Assembly: GCA_051294375.1 (NCBI GenBank)
Contig: CM119263.1
Coordinates: 22,160,833 to 22,224,832 of the forward strand
Length of the DNA stretch: 64,000 nt
Source of the DNA: Paraspadella gotoi
Lineage: Eukaryota; Animalia; Chaetognatha
Direction: 5' to 3'
A program made the position numbers and the translations under genes. Positions 1 through 13,641 of this stretch are shown piece after piece (position 1 is the stretch's first letter; each line of letters starts with the position of its first letter). Below the pieces are notes generated by a model. That model did no database searches, was not told the DNA's origin, and saw nothing but the letters and a program-made list of their open reading frames with translations.

Positions 1-160
1 AAGAAAGAGGGAAAAAGCGAAGGGAAAAAACTTTTACATAAGATATCTGTCTGTTATATTTTGACGTCATGACTTATGACCTGGAGTGTCCGTCTGTCTG
101 TCTCTTGTCCGCCATGAATCGTGGAAAGGAATGAATCATTCCACGGTCAGTCCTCGAATG

Positions 161-200
<40 letters not shown>
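161..200 (+). repeat. (GAC)n trinucleotide microsatellite; representative of many ACG/CGT arrays
   Basis: About 13 units. Others at ~5545-5597, 18600-18625, 24593-24613, 25194-25227, 30413-30437, 59276-59296 and 60258-60287. Confidence 0.98.
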
Positions 201-201
<1 letters not shown>

Positions 202-2048
202 AAGAGACAACTGGTGATATTCCATCTGATTTGTGTTGATGCATTAAGGGAAAAAATGATGGTGACGTTGCGGTGATAAAGACTCCATTGCGACGTCGGT
301 AATAATTCCATGAGATGTGAGAGAGAATTTGAAAATTAATGAGGAAAAGCGGGAAGGACGGAATAAATATTAAATTAGTTGGATTAAGTAATGTTGACGT
401 TGACTAGAGGTCGATGTGACCGATGAAAAATGATCGAAGGAAGATCAGACTCGAAAGCGAGTGACGCCTAAAGAATGACGCAGCGTTGAAATCCTGAATT
501 GTTTGTCTAAAAAAATCTCACTCTTTAAAAAAAGATGAAACATTGAAGTAAATGAATTTTGTAATTCCACGTTAAATGCGTTTCATAAATATCGGTCGAT
601 ATAAAAGAAAAATATGCGATATAAAGTTATCCAAGACAGAAGAAATATATGATTCTAGTAGATTTCGACAATAAAATAAATTCGAGGAAGCATAAGAAAT
701 AAGAATGTAATCGATACTAAAATAAGAGATTACGTCTGACGACGACGACAAGGACGAGGATAGAGGTCAGTTAATAAGTAAGTTTTTTTTCGCTCAAACT
801 CGGACACGAAAAAGAAAAAAAAAGTTTTTCTCCGAAGACAAGAATAGAAGGGATTTTTTTGTTCTTTTTGGGCGGATTCGTTGGTTCGGGTTATTAATGA
901 TGATGATGGCGAGAAGATTCGAGGAAAGGGCGAGAGGAGAAGGGAGGGAGGAAAGAGAGGATGAAGAGAAACTCGCCTCCTCACCTTTTTTGCTCATATT
1001 TTTATCTCTCGGTCCGTTTTCAACGCCGGTCATTTCGTACGTTTACTTTTAGTTTTACTTTTACACCCGAATTTTAGTCGTTTTAGAACCATTTATTGAA
1101 TCAACGTGGCGCGTCGGAAAACCGTTGTTTTTACGGGTTTTCGCGACTAGATATCATCACGATTTTGTCTCTTTTTGCTACGACTTTGTCACGACCAAGA
1201 ATAGACGTTTGGACCGTTTGGGAACTCGCGTTGTACTTTTACTAGAGATATAGTCAGCGAAATTCTTGTCAAAACCTACACTTTTCATTTTTACTAATTT
1301 ACGGGGTTTTTTATTACTTTTTGAGTTAAACCGTTACTATTAAAAATCCCTGCCTTTTCTCAGCCTCATGTCAAATAGTTATTGCATCATCTCTATTAGG
1401 ATAGATTCAGGGATGATCTTAATTCATATGTAAAAAAAATAGCTGTTAAAATACATAATATTGTAGATTGCTCCAGATTTTTTTATATTTTAAAGTATCA
1501 ATAAAAGTTATATTGCTACGGGTAACCTTTCTATGAGCAAAGTTAAAATTTTTATTTACCTCTGGATGTATTATCAGAATCAAATATCAAAAAAGTAAAA
1601 TCAAGATTTTGTTGAAATGAAAGACAATGCATCATCACATTATGCAACAACAACTCAAGCCTGGTTTACTTTATCAATCTTTTTCACTGCTTGCAAAGGA
1701 CCATTTATGGCCTAAATCTGATAAAAAAATATTATTTAAGAGATATAATATTAACAATAATTTGAATAGTCCTCTTGATCAAAAAGAGGTGAAAACAGTT
1801 TGAGACAACCTTTTTGGAAGTATTTGAATGCATTAAACAATTTTATTCTGTTGAGAAATAATCTTTTTATTCAATCCTAAGTAAGTAGACAGAGATTTCA
1901 ACATGAAATCAAATGTGGATTTTATTCTTCAGAAAAGTCACAAGCAAAGACGGTGTCAGAATTTGAGACAGATGGATTCAATACAAAATGGTTCAGTATT
2001 TATACTCGACAATCGGATCATCGATACGGGCTCGTTTCCCGATGATGG

Positions 2049-2156
2049 TATAGGCCAATTATATATACATTTTTAACGTAAATGGGGCAGACCGACAGAC
2101 CGACCGAAAAGTGACTTATAGAGTTGCTCCGCGAGTACTCGCGGCGAAAATAAAAA
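2049..2156 (-). mobile_element. HINE/DINE-1-like element, truncated copy A
   Basis: CAGACCGACAGACCGACCGAAAAGTGACTTATAGAGTTGC core. The preceding ~45 bp resemble 31318-31368. Perfect 16-bp palindrome CCGCGAGTACTCGCGG at 2129-2144. Confidence 0.55.
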
Positions 2157-2803
2157 CATAATATCTCTGTGGGATTAAAAGGTTTTTTCTTGTTTCCTTC
2201 TCACGACCAAAATCTCAGGCGGTCACGTGAGGCATTTTCGAGTCTCGAAACCAGAAAAACGAAGGCGAAAGCGAACGCGCTTGTTTATTTTTTGTTTTCT
2301 CATCATCGTTGTTGTTGGCGTTGTCATCGTCGTCTTCGTCGTCGTCTTCGTCGTCGCGGTTTTATTAGCGTTTCCGTTTCCCTTTTATTGTGACAGTTTT
2401 TCTTTTTAAGTCAAAATTCCTCCTCCACCCTACTAGGTTTTTTTTTTTTGCTTTAGAATTCTCTTTTGAATTTTTCTCATTGGATTTTTCTTTTATTCTT
2501 CAAGTTTTCATTTTTTAATTTTGTTTTTTGTTTTGTTTTTTTGTTTTTTTCTGTTTTTCTCGATAGGCCAAAAAAAATTTATTATTTCTTTGATCTCTGG
2601 TTTTTTATTTTTCTTTTTCTACTTTTTCGCTTGTTTGTTTTTATTTTCATCCTTTATGATGTTTTTACTTCTTTTTTCAAACTTTTTATATTCAGATTTG
2701 TTTTCACGCTAAAGAATTTGCCTTAATTCAAAAAAGAGACGTTCTTTGTTTCTTGTTTTCGGGAATTCGCGTTGACGAGAAAAAATGTTCGCACGCAGTA
2801 TTA

Positions 2804-2859
2804 TTCGCGTGTGACGTTTCGCGTGTGACGGTTTGCGTGTACCGTTTAACGTGCGACTG
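2804..2859 (+). repeat. 14-bp degenerate tandem repeat x4 (TTCGCGTGTGACGT) in a CpG-rich patch
   Basis: Units at 2804, 2818, 2832 and 2846 with progressive decay. Confidence 0.7.
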
Positions 2860-3942
2860 TTGAATCTTGCCCGTCGAAGGCAAGATTGTATTTTAAGGGC
2901 GCGTCCAACGATCATTGATCACGCGTTACGGTTTCTACGATCGGCCTTCTAATTTGATTGTGTCCGAAAAACATTTTTCACGTATCCACGTCTTGATTGG
3001 GATTGTTGTGACTTGTGAGTGTAAAATAAGTGCACTTAGGAGAAAGCTAGGCAAAAGCTAGGTACATTATTTTAATTTGCTTATAATATACCAGGTTATA
3101 CTCCAGTCCAAAGTAAGTTTTATTATACCGTAAACCCATTATAAACCACATTTTTTTCTAACCATTACTAATCATAATTATTTATTTCTGTATTTCGTTT
3201 ATCCTCCAAAGCCTAAAATTAAACAAAGTCTCATATACTTTAAAAAACTGAACGATGATTTGAGTACGATGCGTTTAAATACGAGACTAAAATAAACATT
3301 TCCACCTTAAATGCAAATGCGACACCGTGATTATGCAAATGGATTTTGTAATCATCCACAACCGAGTCCCTTCGTTTGCGAGGCACAACGAATTATCGAA
3401 GATATCTTGACAACGAGGAAGTAAATTAGATGTACACAGAAATGACAGAGGGAGGGAAGGGGGGAATAGCTTGGAAATTTTGTTTTGCAATTTGCGGTTT
3501 CTAACGCTTTTGATAAGCAAGCTAACTTGGCTCTGATTTCGGCAGATTGTAGTTATATAAGGATTGCACGATAAAAAATAACTTTCTTGTTTTTGTCGTA
3601 GTTTTTTTCAAATCAAACGGTTTTCATACGTTTTTGTAAAACCTAAGTGTGAGAAAATGAACGAAATATAACAAAGTAAAGAACAGCAGTGACTCCCTCA
3701 ATCCTCCGTCCTATATCAACATATCCACATCTGACCCTCCTAGAGCCAACCCACAGCTTTTACTCACCCAAACTCCAGTCATCGCCCACTCACCAGAGGC
3801 CAGAACCTGTGAAACCGGCAGTCGATCACGTCCCGTCGGTATTTCACGCCATTTTGACGGAGGCCACTGGTCGTGACTGTTTCCAAAAGAGAAAAGGGAA
3901 GATTTGCTTTGACCAATATGGGGGCTGATGGCGACGGATGAG

Positions 3943-3973
<31 letters not shown>

Positions 3974-4786
3974 TTGAGGATGAGAAAGTAGAACCGAAGA
4001 AAGAGACGAAAGGGAGGTGGATTTGAGAGGGAGACAAGGAGGAAAGATGAAGAGTTGGAGGGTGTTCGAAAAATAAAGAAGAGCAGGAGGAAAAAGGAAA
4101 TAAGGCAATAGAATTAGAACGAGAATAAAAGGTATGAAAAAGAAAAGCAGAGATTAGATAAGATTGAGAAAATAGCCACAACGAGATGCTGGATAGTTTT
4201 AGAAAGCAATCGATAACGAGAAGACATGAAGAAAATATTAAAATAAGGATATCAAGCCCGTACAAGAGGAGAAAAAAATTGAGAGAAAAAGAGAGGATTA
4301 AGTAAAACAAATGAAAAAAAAAACAGTAAAAATGAGGGAAAAAAGGAAAAAAAGAGTAAAGCTGACAGAAATGTCGGGGAAGAGAACAAAAAATGAAGGA
4401 AATAAGATAACGAAAGGGAAACGAAATATCATTATAGAAAGAAAAAAGAGAAATTTTCTTACAAAGTTAAAATTTTTTTTTCCAATTTCAAATTCATTTT
4501 AAATGAATAACAGGTGAAAATAACAATTAATTTGATGATTTAAATATAAAAAACAATCGAGAATTAACCTAGACAAACTCGACTGCAAACCGACCGAAAA
4601 ATCTCCAAATAGAGATGCAACATGATCTCCTAATATGCGTCTCTTTTCTTTTCGCATGATTTCCAGTTCAGAGAAATCGTTCGTCCAAAAAAAAGGCGAA
4701 GCTTTTTTCCGAGCTGTAATGAAGTCTCGGTTTCCTGGTTCGGTTGGGAAAGGTCGATGCTGGTCTCTCTCTCTCTCTCTCTCTCG

Positions 4787-4817
<31 letters not shown>

Positions 4818-5564
4818 CCTCTTCTCTCTCTCTCCTCTCTTCTAACTTCTCTCAATTCCCATTTCCCCCTTTAAACGCCCCCCTTAAACCTGAAGCCGAC
4901 CGACGCCGCCCCAGGTTTTAAAACGGCGCTTCCAATGAGTAAAACGGCGCAGTCTAATGCGATCGAAGCAGCGACGCCATTTTCTGATCCCGTTACCTCG
5001 AGGCGGCGACGCCCGATGGCACGGCCGGCGCCATTTGAGGCCGAGCGACGCCAGGAAACGAAGCCGGAGGACCCCCAGTGATTGAGAGTGCGTTCCCGGA
5101 CATTCGTCATGATTCCGGGTAATCGACGCAGAATCCTCTTTTCTCCTCTTCCCTTCCTTTCTTTTCTTTACTTATCTTTTCTTCTCTTTTTTTCTTTTGT
5201 CCTTTTTCTTTTATTCTTCTCTTTTCTCTAATTTCTTTTCTTTTCTTTAATCTTTCCTCTTGAACCTCATCTTTTCTTAATCCACTAAATCCACGCCTAA
5301 TATATTTCTTTATTTCTCTCTTCATTTTATCACATTTCCTCTTTCTTTTCTTTTTCCCTACTAAATTTATTTCTCCCCCATATTTTCCTTTCCTCGAATC
5401 TTCTTCAATTTCCTCCCTTTTTCTCTTCCTCCCTTTTTTGTAGTTTTTTTTCATCAATTTCCCAATTTTTTATTTCCCTCCTTCTTCTTTCGGTCACTAA
5501 GGGAAGTTCGCTCCCCGTCATCGCTTATCCTGACGTCGCTTTAGTCGTCATCGTCGTCGTCGTT

Positions 5565-5597
<33 letters not shown>

Positions 5598-6422
5598 TCA
5601 GTCTTTGCGTCGTCTTTGTTTTTGTTGATATCATCTTAGTTATCTTCATCCTCTTCCATTTGTGTGAAGCTCATCGTCAACTCAATTTGCTCAAGATTTG
5701 TTACGATCGGTAAAGATTCGATATGCATTGTTATAATTGTAATTCCATATTATTGTCATCGTCAATGTCTTATTCAATGCATTCGTCTACATCCCTGTCG
5801 TCATCTTCGTTTTATTCATCGCGATCGTCGTTGTCTCCGTCATCATCATCGTCGTCGTCGTCTTTGCAATCCCCTTTCGCCATCTTTACTTGTCCCCAGA
5901 AATAATCGCGAATTTCCCCGACGCCATTTTCTTTGGCCTCGAAACGAAGGAGCCAATATTTTTTGTGTCCTCATGATTTAATATTTAAATGAATTTATAC
6001 ATTATACACATTTTTCGGATAATAAGCCTCGTTTGTCATTGTCAACGAGAATATATATAATGGGAAGAGGAAACGCTGGGAGCGGTGGTGTTGACTTTCA
6101 GAAGACAATTTGTCCATATATTAAGTTAAAAACTTATTTTTTTATTACGAGTAGTGTAGTAGTATACTATTTAAAAAAGATATGTAAAACATAATAACAA
6201 TATGACAATTAGCAATGACAAGTAAATGAACTAAACGGGTTAAATGACATGAAAAGACGTAAAAGAGTGAATCTAAACGAAAACGACGACGAAAACGACG
6301 ACAAGGGCGACGACGACGACGACGACGAAGACGACGAAAACCCCTGCACTTTTTCCGCCGTCAGTATTTCTGATGCACGATCGAGGACAAGAAAGGGGAT
6401 GGGTTAAACATTTCTCCCACCT

Positions 6423-6721
<299 letters not shown>

Positions 6722-7512
6722 TTTACCGGGCATCTTCTCCCGACACAGCGAGCGTCATTTCACTTTTAATTTTCGCCACGAAATCCGAAAGTCGATTTTC
6801 CGCCGAGAAGTTAATTCAGCACGGAGGAAGAGGGGCTGTGATTCTGTTACTTAATTTCGGTTCTTATATAACTCGAATAACTATAATAACTAACCTTTAC
6901 CAAAAATAGTAATCGTTTTTCGAAATATATTGTGCTCTAAATAAATTTTAAATATCATGGTGTGATAATCCTTTCTTTTTCGTTGTTTTGAGGTATTAGA
7001 TAATGGCAAAGTTTTTAGTTTTGATATCGAAATGCAAAAATATATTCGTTGCCATTCTCTAATTTTAAATATCTAAATTCATCAATAAAAGAGTGAAGAG
7101 ACCAAAGAAAATAACAACTCATATTTGAAAAATATGGAGAATGTTTTAGGGAAGTGGTCACAGGATTTGAGGTAGACGGACGATGTCAAGGTAAATTAAG
7201 GAGTTCATCGTAATGTATGTATTTAATGTTTGTTGATTCATATAATGTCAAATAATCTATGAAGTACCTAAATGGCTTGTGGTAATATAAAAGTTCTTAC
7301 CAAAGTAAGTGAGAAGAAGAATGATGAGGAAGACTCCTCTTCGCCGACCCATCCTTCTTTTTTTTCTTCTTTATTTCCTTTCATCCATTTTCAACCAAAT
7401 CTGACTCGTAAAACCGGGAGTCCGGAAGAAAATGTGAGAAAAGGAAAGGGAGGGGAAAGGAAAGGAAAGTAAAAGAAAGGAATGGAGGTAATGGAAAGGA
7501 AAGAAAAAGATA

Positions 7513-7574
7513 GGAAAGGAAAGGAAAGGAAAGGAAAGGAAAGGAAAGGAAAGGAAAGGAAAGGAAAGGAAAGG
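7513..7574 (+). repeat. (GGAAA)n pentanucleotide microsatellite
   Basis: Perfect array; source of the FPFLS-repeat pseudo-ORFs. Confidence 0.98.
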
Positions 7575-8410
7575 AGAATACAATCAAAGATCAAAGATCA
7601 AAGATCAGAGTTATAGAATAGGTAGCATAATATTTATAATCTGTCGCAAAAAATGATTTCATAATCATTCTAGTTCTATCCCTCGGTCACGCAGACTTAG
7701 ACGGATCCAGAACCAAGTGGCTAGAGCCTCTCTTTTGGCGCCTCTTTGCAATCCCACATCTTTGTCCGCTATGCACCACGACGGCGACTGAGTTCACTGA
7801 GTTCACTGAGTTCTTTTCATCTCTCTTTCACTCTGTAGGCTGAACCCTTTTAAAAAGCAGGCTCCCTTTACACTTTTTACAATTTGCTCGTCTCTCAAAC
7901 GGCTTTTTTCTCGCTCTTTTTGTCATTAGAATGAGTGACCCGACTGGCCAAAGTCCGTCGCCTGCTTTGCTCGATTTGTAGAAAAGAGGAACCAGGTTTG
8001 CAGCGAGGGTGGAGCGTTGCATGAGTGGCACCTCTTTCGCTGATCCCTATCCCGTCTCGCTGAACTAATCTTCCCTCGATGCTAAACTTTGGAAAAAAAA
8101 AAAGCTTCATCTCTAACGCAACCTGGCCAATCCAGATTCCAGATGCACCCAACCCTAACTAAAAAAAACTAAAAAAAATTTCTAATTTGGTGAAGGGAAG
8201 TTCCACCCTCGTTGCGCGGAATTTAATCCGGGTTTCCATCCGAAAATCCTTCAGGCGAATCCCAACGACACTCCTCTGCGCTTTGCAATTGCACATCTTG
8301 ACACATCTCCGCACATCTATATACATTTTACCAAATCAAAAAGCGGTCATCCGAACCATATTCAGTTATTCGGTTAAACAATTAATAAGCAATGAAATAA
8401 CTAAGTTCAT

Positions 8411-8620
8411 TTATGAAATTGGTACAACCGATATAAAAATTATCCAATATCCATTCATTTAATAAATAAACTATCTTGCCCCTGACGTTGGACAGGCTTT
8501 GGGGGTTTAAGGCCTCCAACACTCTTACAAGATAATGACATAGCAGGTCCCTGCAAGCTTTCGATCAAGACTCTCTCACAGTCTTATTTATTCACTCCCA
8601 GAGTACCTGGCTTCCCTATT
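8411..8620 (+). repeat. Unclassified dispersed repeat, copy 1
   Basis: Colinear with 13442-13641. Shared blocks: TTATGAAATTGGTA, CATTCATT, TCTTGCCCCT, TTTAAGGCCTCCA, CTCTTA..AAGATAAT, ATCAAG, TCACAGTCT, ACCTGG. Confidence 0.75.
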
Positions 8621-10372
8621 ATGTGAGAAATGATAATCTTTTGTTTTGATAATTTGTTGTCTGTTAAAAACTAAAACTTAAACTGACTAAAGCTTAATTC
8701 CATGAAGGCAAACAAACACAACTACAACTACAACATCTTCAATTTCAATTTAAAAAATCTGCTTCCTCCAAATTTATTGCCTCACCGTTTGGGAGGAAAT
8801 TTATAACTTACCTCGAAATCGCGGGCGTCACGACCAACGAGCACAGCGGCCGCCGGTTGGGAGCTTTTAACCCGTTGCCCCTTACCCGGCTCTTCCCTTT
8901 GGAGGTTGATGTTAAAGGGGTAAGTGAATTGAGGAGAAAAAGCAGCACGGGGAGGAGAAAGGATGAAGAGGAAGAGAAGGAGGAAGAGGAGTAGAAGAAG
9001 AATGACAATGAAGAGGAGGAGGATGAATAGGAGGAGGAAGAGGATGTTGTGAAAAGATTAGTTGACGGTAAGAAAGCGAAGAACAAAATGAAAAAAAAAA
9101 AATATATCGAGACCAAAAAATAAAGAGGTTAAAAAAAAAATCCTCAAAACATGATCCATATTAAAAGAAGCTGGAAAAAAAGGAATAAAAGGAAACCAGA
9201 GAGACTAACGCTAAAGGAAGAAGAAAGAAAAGGAAAGAAAAATGAAAAGGTTGTGATATTAAAACCAAGTAACAGTAACAGTACTTAACAGCGTTTATTG
9301 TTTAAAAAATGCCAAATTATTGTGGCTGGGAAAAACGATGTTAACAACAACAACAACAACAACAACAACAACCGCGACAACAACAACTTTACCCAAAAAT
9401 AAAAGCGCAACGAACAAAGGGACGAGGTTGAGTGAAGAAGCCATAAATTACGCGGTGCAAAGGTGGATTCCTTTCTCCCGCCTTTTCTTCGCTTCCTTTC
9501 TTTCCTTTTCTTTCATTTCGTTTTCTTCATTCTTTTTTTCATTCCCCCCCCCCTTAGCCGCGGCCCGCTGGATATCGTTGGCGCCCTTACAGTCTCGGCC
9601 CAAGAGTCAACGTTTGAGGTCACTTCGCCGTCGCCCTTTCTCTTCCTCCAGTCAACTCGACTTGATTCGCCGATCAGCGAGCTCAGCTTGTTGACGCTTG
9701 TTGACCTCAGTCGACGCCAATTTTCTTTGTCGACAAGTTTTCGCTTGTCGCTTCTTGTTCTCCCATTTTCCTTTCCTGTTTCCGTCGATTTTTTAATTAC
9801 TTTTTCTTTTCAACTTCTAGTTTCTTTGCCCTTGAATCAAACACAATTTCCCGCCTGTATCCGGTTGTTACAAAGACGCCATTCCCGCGCCGCGCTCGTC
9901 CCCTGTTCTCCACTGATCATCGAAAACCCGCACGTGATTATTTTCCAGACTCTCATCTCCGCAACACCTAAACCACACCATCCCTGCACCCCCTCCACCA
10001 CACCTCGACCATCCCCCCTCTGAGAAAAAAAAACGAGAGTATCGAGTGCGTGACGTGGGATCAAACCCGGGGATTTACTACGCATCTGGAGCGATAACGT
10101 CTCCATCAATTTTTTTGTCTCAGTCAGACTCTCTCTCTCTCTCTCTCTCTCTTTCTTTTTTTTAAGAATGGCTTTTTCATCTTATTAAATATTCTCATAT
10201 TCGTTTTCTTTCGCTAAGGTCATTAATCAAAATAAACTCGATTTTTTATTGGTCCCTTTTTATTGCATCTCAGAAATAAACTTTGTTTATCTTCAAACCT
10301 TTTTTACCTTTTAACCCTTATTCTTTTTCCTTTTAATTTCCTGTCTTTTCACCCTTTCCTTTTTCCCTTTCC

Positions 10373-10447
10373 TTTTTTCCCTTCTAATTCCCTTTCCGTT
10401 TTTCCCTTCTAATTCCCTTTCCTTTTTTCCCTTCTAATTCCCTTTCC
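10373..10447 (+). repeat. 25-bp pyrimidine-rich tandem repeat x3
   Basis: CTTCTAATTC recurs at 10381, 10406 and 10431. Confidence 0.85.
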
Positions 10448-12064
10448 TTCATCGGTTTTATCGAGAATCGGTTTTATTGGCGAATCGGAATTTTGGAATC
10501 TGATCCGACGTCGCCTGGGCAGAGGCTGAAGGTCTTCTTCGAGCCGTCGCGCTCGTCGTCATCGTCGTAGTCTTCATCGTCGCGATCGTCGTCGTCTCCG
10601 CCTGAATCTTCGTCGTTTTCATCGTCGTTTTTGGCGTTGTCGTAATCGTGATCGTCGTCTTCATCGTCTTCATCAAGGTTATATAATTATCCCTCTTTTG
10701 CTTTTCCTCATATTTGTCGTCGTCATCGTCGTCTTCGTCATCGGTAGAATCGTTGTTAAATCGTCTTTTTCATTTTCCTTTTTTTTATTCATCTTGTTTA
10801 TCGTCGTCATCGACATTTAATCATTGTCGGGAAGATTGTGGATGTCTACATCATCATCAAGATCTTTGCCATCATGATCATCTTTAACATCTTCGTTACT
10901 ATTATTATTGTTGACTTATTCATCGTAGGAATCGTTGTCATCATCTTCATTGTCGTCGTGATCATCGTTGTTGCGTTCATCTGCAAAGTATTCTTCGTCT
11001 TCAACGTTTTTGTTGTCGTCATCGTCATCGTATCTGTCATAGTCTTCGTCATCATCTTCTTCCTTGCTGTCAAGATCGTCTTCATCATTGTCTTCGCTTT
11101 TCTAGCCAATAGCCATCATTATCGTCGTCGTCATCGTATTCTTCGTCTTCGTCGTCTTTTCTCACCATCGTATTCTTCACCATCCTTCTCACTAATCTAT
11201 TTCCCCATTTTTTTTCTTCTTCGTCTTCGTGACGTCACGAGGTCGTCTACTTTTGATCTCCTCGAACTTAGTGGGCGTGGAGACGAATACTTTTCCTTTA
11301 CGACGGATCCATCGATAGATTTGAACTTTAAGCGATATTAAGTGAGGTTAAATGTAAAAGTAAACTATACAGTATACAGTATACAAGCAGGGGAAAATTA
11401 TTGTAAAATACATGGGACATTCGTAAATACTATTTTATTTTATATTATTACTAAAGCGGTCGTCAATTCAGCAATACTTCGCTGTAGTTAGACTTAAGCC
11501 AAATTATTAATTTGATAATTTAGAGACAAAATAAGATTTTTAATGGCAACAACGATTGTTTATTTTTTATTTAGTTTAAAACTTTAAATCCAAACACAAA
11601 GAATCGAAAGCAAATTTTAATTTGAAAATTATATATATTAACACAGCAAGTTTTTAAAATTACAGTGTTTGTTTACCGCGATAGTTAATTTAACCGAGAC
11701 TCTCATCTCGATGCGCAATCCGAGTTTCACGTCTCACCGGTCACGCCCCCCCCCCTTTCGCCCCCTTCACTTCCGGTTCGTGCTCGAGTTCTTCTTCCGC
11801 TCAACCGTCGCCTCTTCGGTCGCCATCTTTATTTTTATCATTGAATTATTTACATCCGGGAGGTCCGGGTCTTTCTTCGCTTTCCGAATCAGGTTTAATG
11901 GTGGTGGTCGGTCTTTTCTAGTGAGATGGGGCATGGAAAAGGTTGTTGCCATTAGTCCAAAATCTGTATAAGTAAATTGTGAATTATGACTCGATGCCCC
12001 AATCATTTTTTTCAGCCGAGGAAGTAATCTCTCTATCCATTTAAAATCTTAGGTATCTAAGCAA

Positions 12065-12268
12065 TTATGGCAACGGGGGGACATGTGTGATGCCAGGGGT
12101 GTGAGGCAGTTGGCGCTCAGGGCTTCGGACCAGCAATGACCACCCCATGTCACAGGCATGTTTATGCTAACACAATCACACTTTAACCAGCGTGACCGTG
12201 AGGGGAATGAACCCGGAACTCACGGTTGGTGAACGAGTACTTAACTGTCCAAGCCAATGAGACGAGCT
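12065..12268 (-). mobile_element. Degenerate tRNA-derived SINE-like element
   Basis: Minus strand TGGCTTGGACAGTTAAG (A-box-like, ~12256-12240) and CCGGGTTCATTCCC (B-box-like, ~12216-12203) at tRNA-like spacing, followed by a GC-richer non-tRNA body. No clean cloverleaf. Confidence 0.5.
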
Positions 12269-12422
12269 GTATTTCACCAAGCTAAGCGGGATGCGAATTT
12301 AGGATTCGCCACACAATCTCATATAATGACATATCAATGACAGTATATTCTCAATCGTTCTAGTCCACGGACGCAGTACCCCACATCTTAAATCCCCACA
12401 TATTACCTCTTTACATTTTCCA

Positions 12423-12461
<39 letters not shown>

Positions 12462-13441
12462 CGTCGCAAAGGTTTCAATATTCAGCTTGTCGCTTCGCCG
12501 GTTCCCGAGCCGACTCTGCGAGGAGCTAATCAAATCGGCACGTGGGGCTTTAACTTTCCTGGGCTCAGACTTGGTTTTTAACCGCGAGGTTAACGGTGGG
12601 GAAGCTGACGTTCTAATACGTTTTGTCCAAGTTGTATCTAAAATTGAATCCTGGTATTTCAAAAGACAACATTTTAAAAAACCTAAATTTGTTTTACGGA
12701 TTAATTCTGGGAAGTTTTAGTGAAAATAAAAGAAGACAATAGAGAAGATAATGAGCGACAGAGAGGTAAGAAAAGTAGGAAAGAAAATGAGAGAAGAGAG
12801 GAGGGAAAAAGAGTGGTAGAGGAGAAAAGAGTAGAAGGTTGTCGATCGTTGCAGTTCGCCGATCGCAAAGGAACGTGGGCGAAAGTTAAGGGGGGAACGC
12901 TGTTGGCTTCAACGATGTAAAATGAAATAGGTTAGGAGAATAGAGCAAAATGAAAACGGTCAAACTGGGTTAGAAAATCTGAGGCAGCATAGGTGAGGAA
13001 TATTGAAGCGGTGTGAGTAGCAAGCCAATGGAAAAGGCGAGGGCGGGTAATGAAGACATCGAATGACTTCCGGTCTCAGATTCGGTTGAGCGGAATTTGA
13101 GAGGAAATCTCGGCGGCCTCGATCGAGTATTAGCGAGAAAGCCGGCGGCAGCCGGGTTTTCCAGCCGCTGCGTCGACGCTGTCGCCACCGTCTCCTGCCG
13201 CCGCCGCCGCTGCGTCGACGGCTTCGAGTATCGTTTACGGATTTTTCTCTCTCCTTCCGTTTCGGAGAAAAAGCGATATAAAAATTTCCCGATACTAATT
13301 TTTTTATATCGAGATTTTTTGAAGTCATTAATCAAGCGAATTTCTTTTTTTTTTCTCGGTTTTCTGTTTGACGACGAAAAAAAGAGATTCACGCGTCTAA
13401 ATAACAGATATTCCAATATTTCCAATAGTTCAATGAATAAG

Positions 13442-13641
13442 TTATGAAATTGGTATAACGACATGATTATTCATTCATTGACTAAACAAGCTCTCTTGCC
13501 CCTTATTTTGAACAGGAAACGGTGGGTTTTAAGGCCTCCATCCCTCTTAGAAGATAATCACATTGCAAGATGCTGCTCGCTTTCAATCAAGGCTCTTTCA
13601 CAGTCTAGTTTATTACCTCCAAGAGCACCTGGATTCTCTAT
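13442..13641 (+). repeat. Unclassified dispersed repeat, copy 2
   Basis: Diverged direct copy of 8411-8620, differing mostly by substitutions. Confidence 0.75.

Noticed and set aside
10458-11341. V/I-rich, T/M-rich and potential Asp-rich ORFs
   Set aside because: A degenerate TCR/CRT trinucleotide tract keeps frames open trivially; no splice or domain support.
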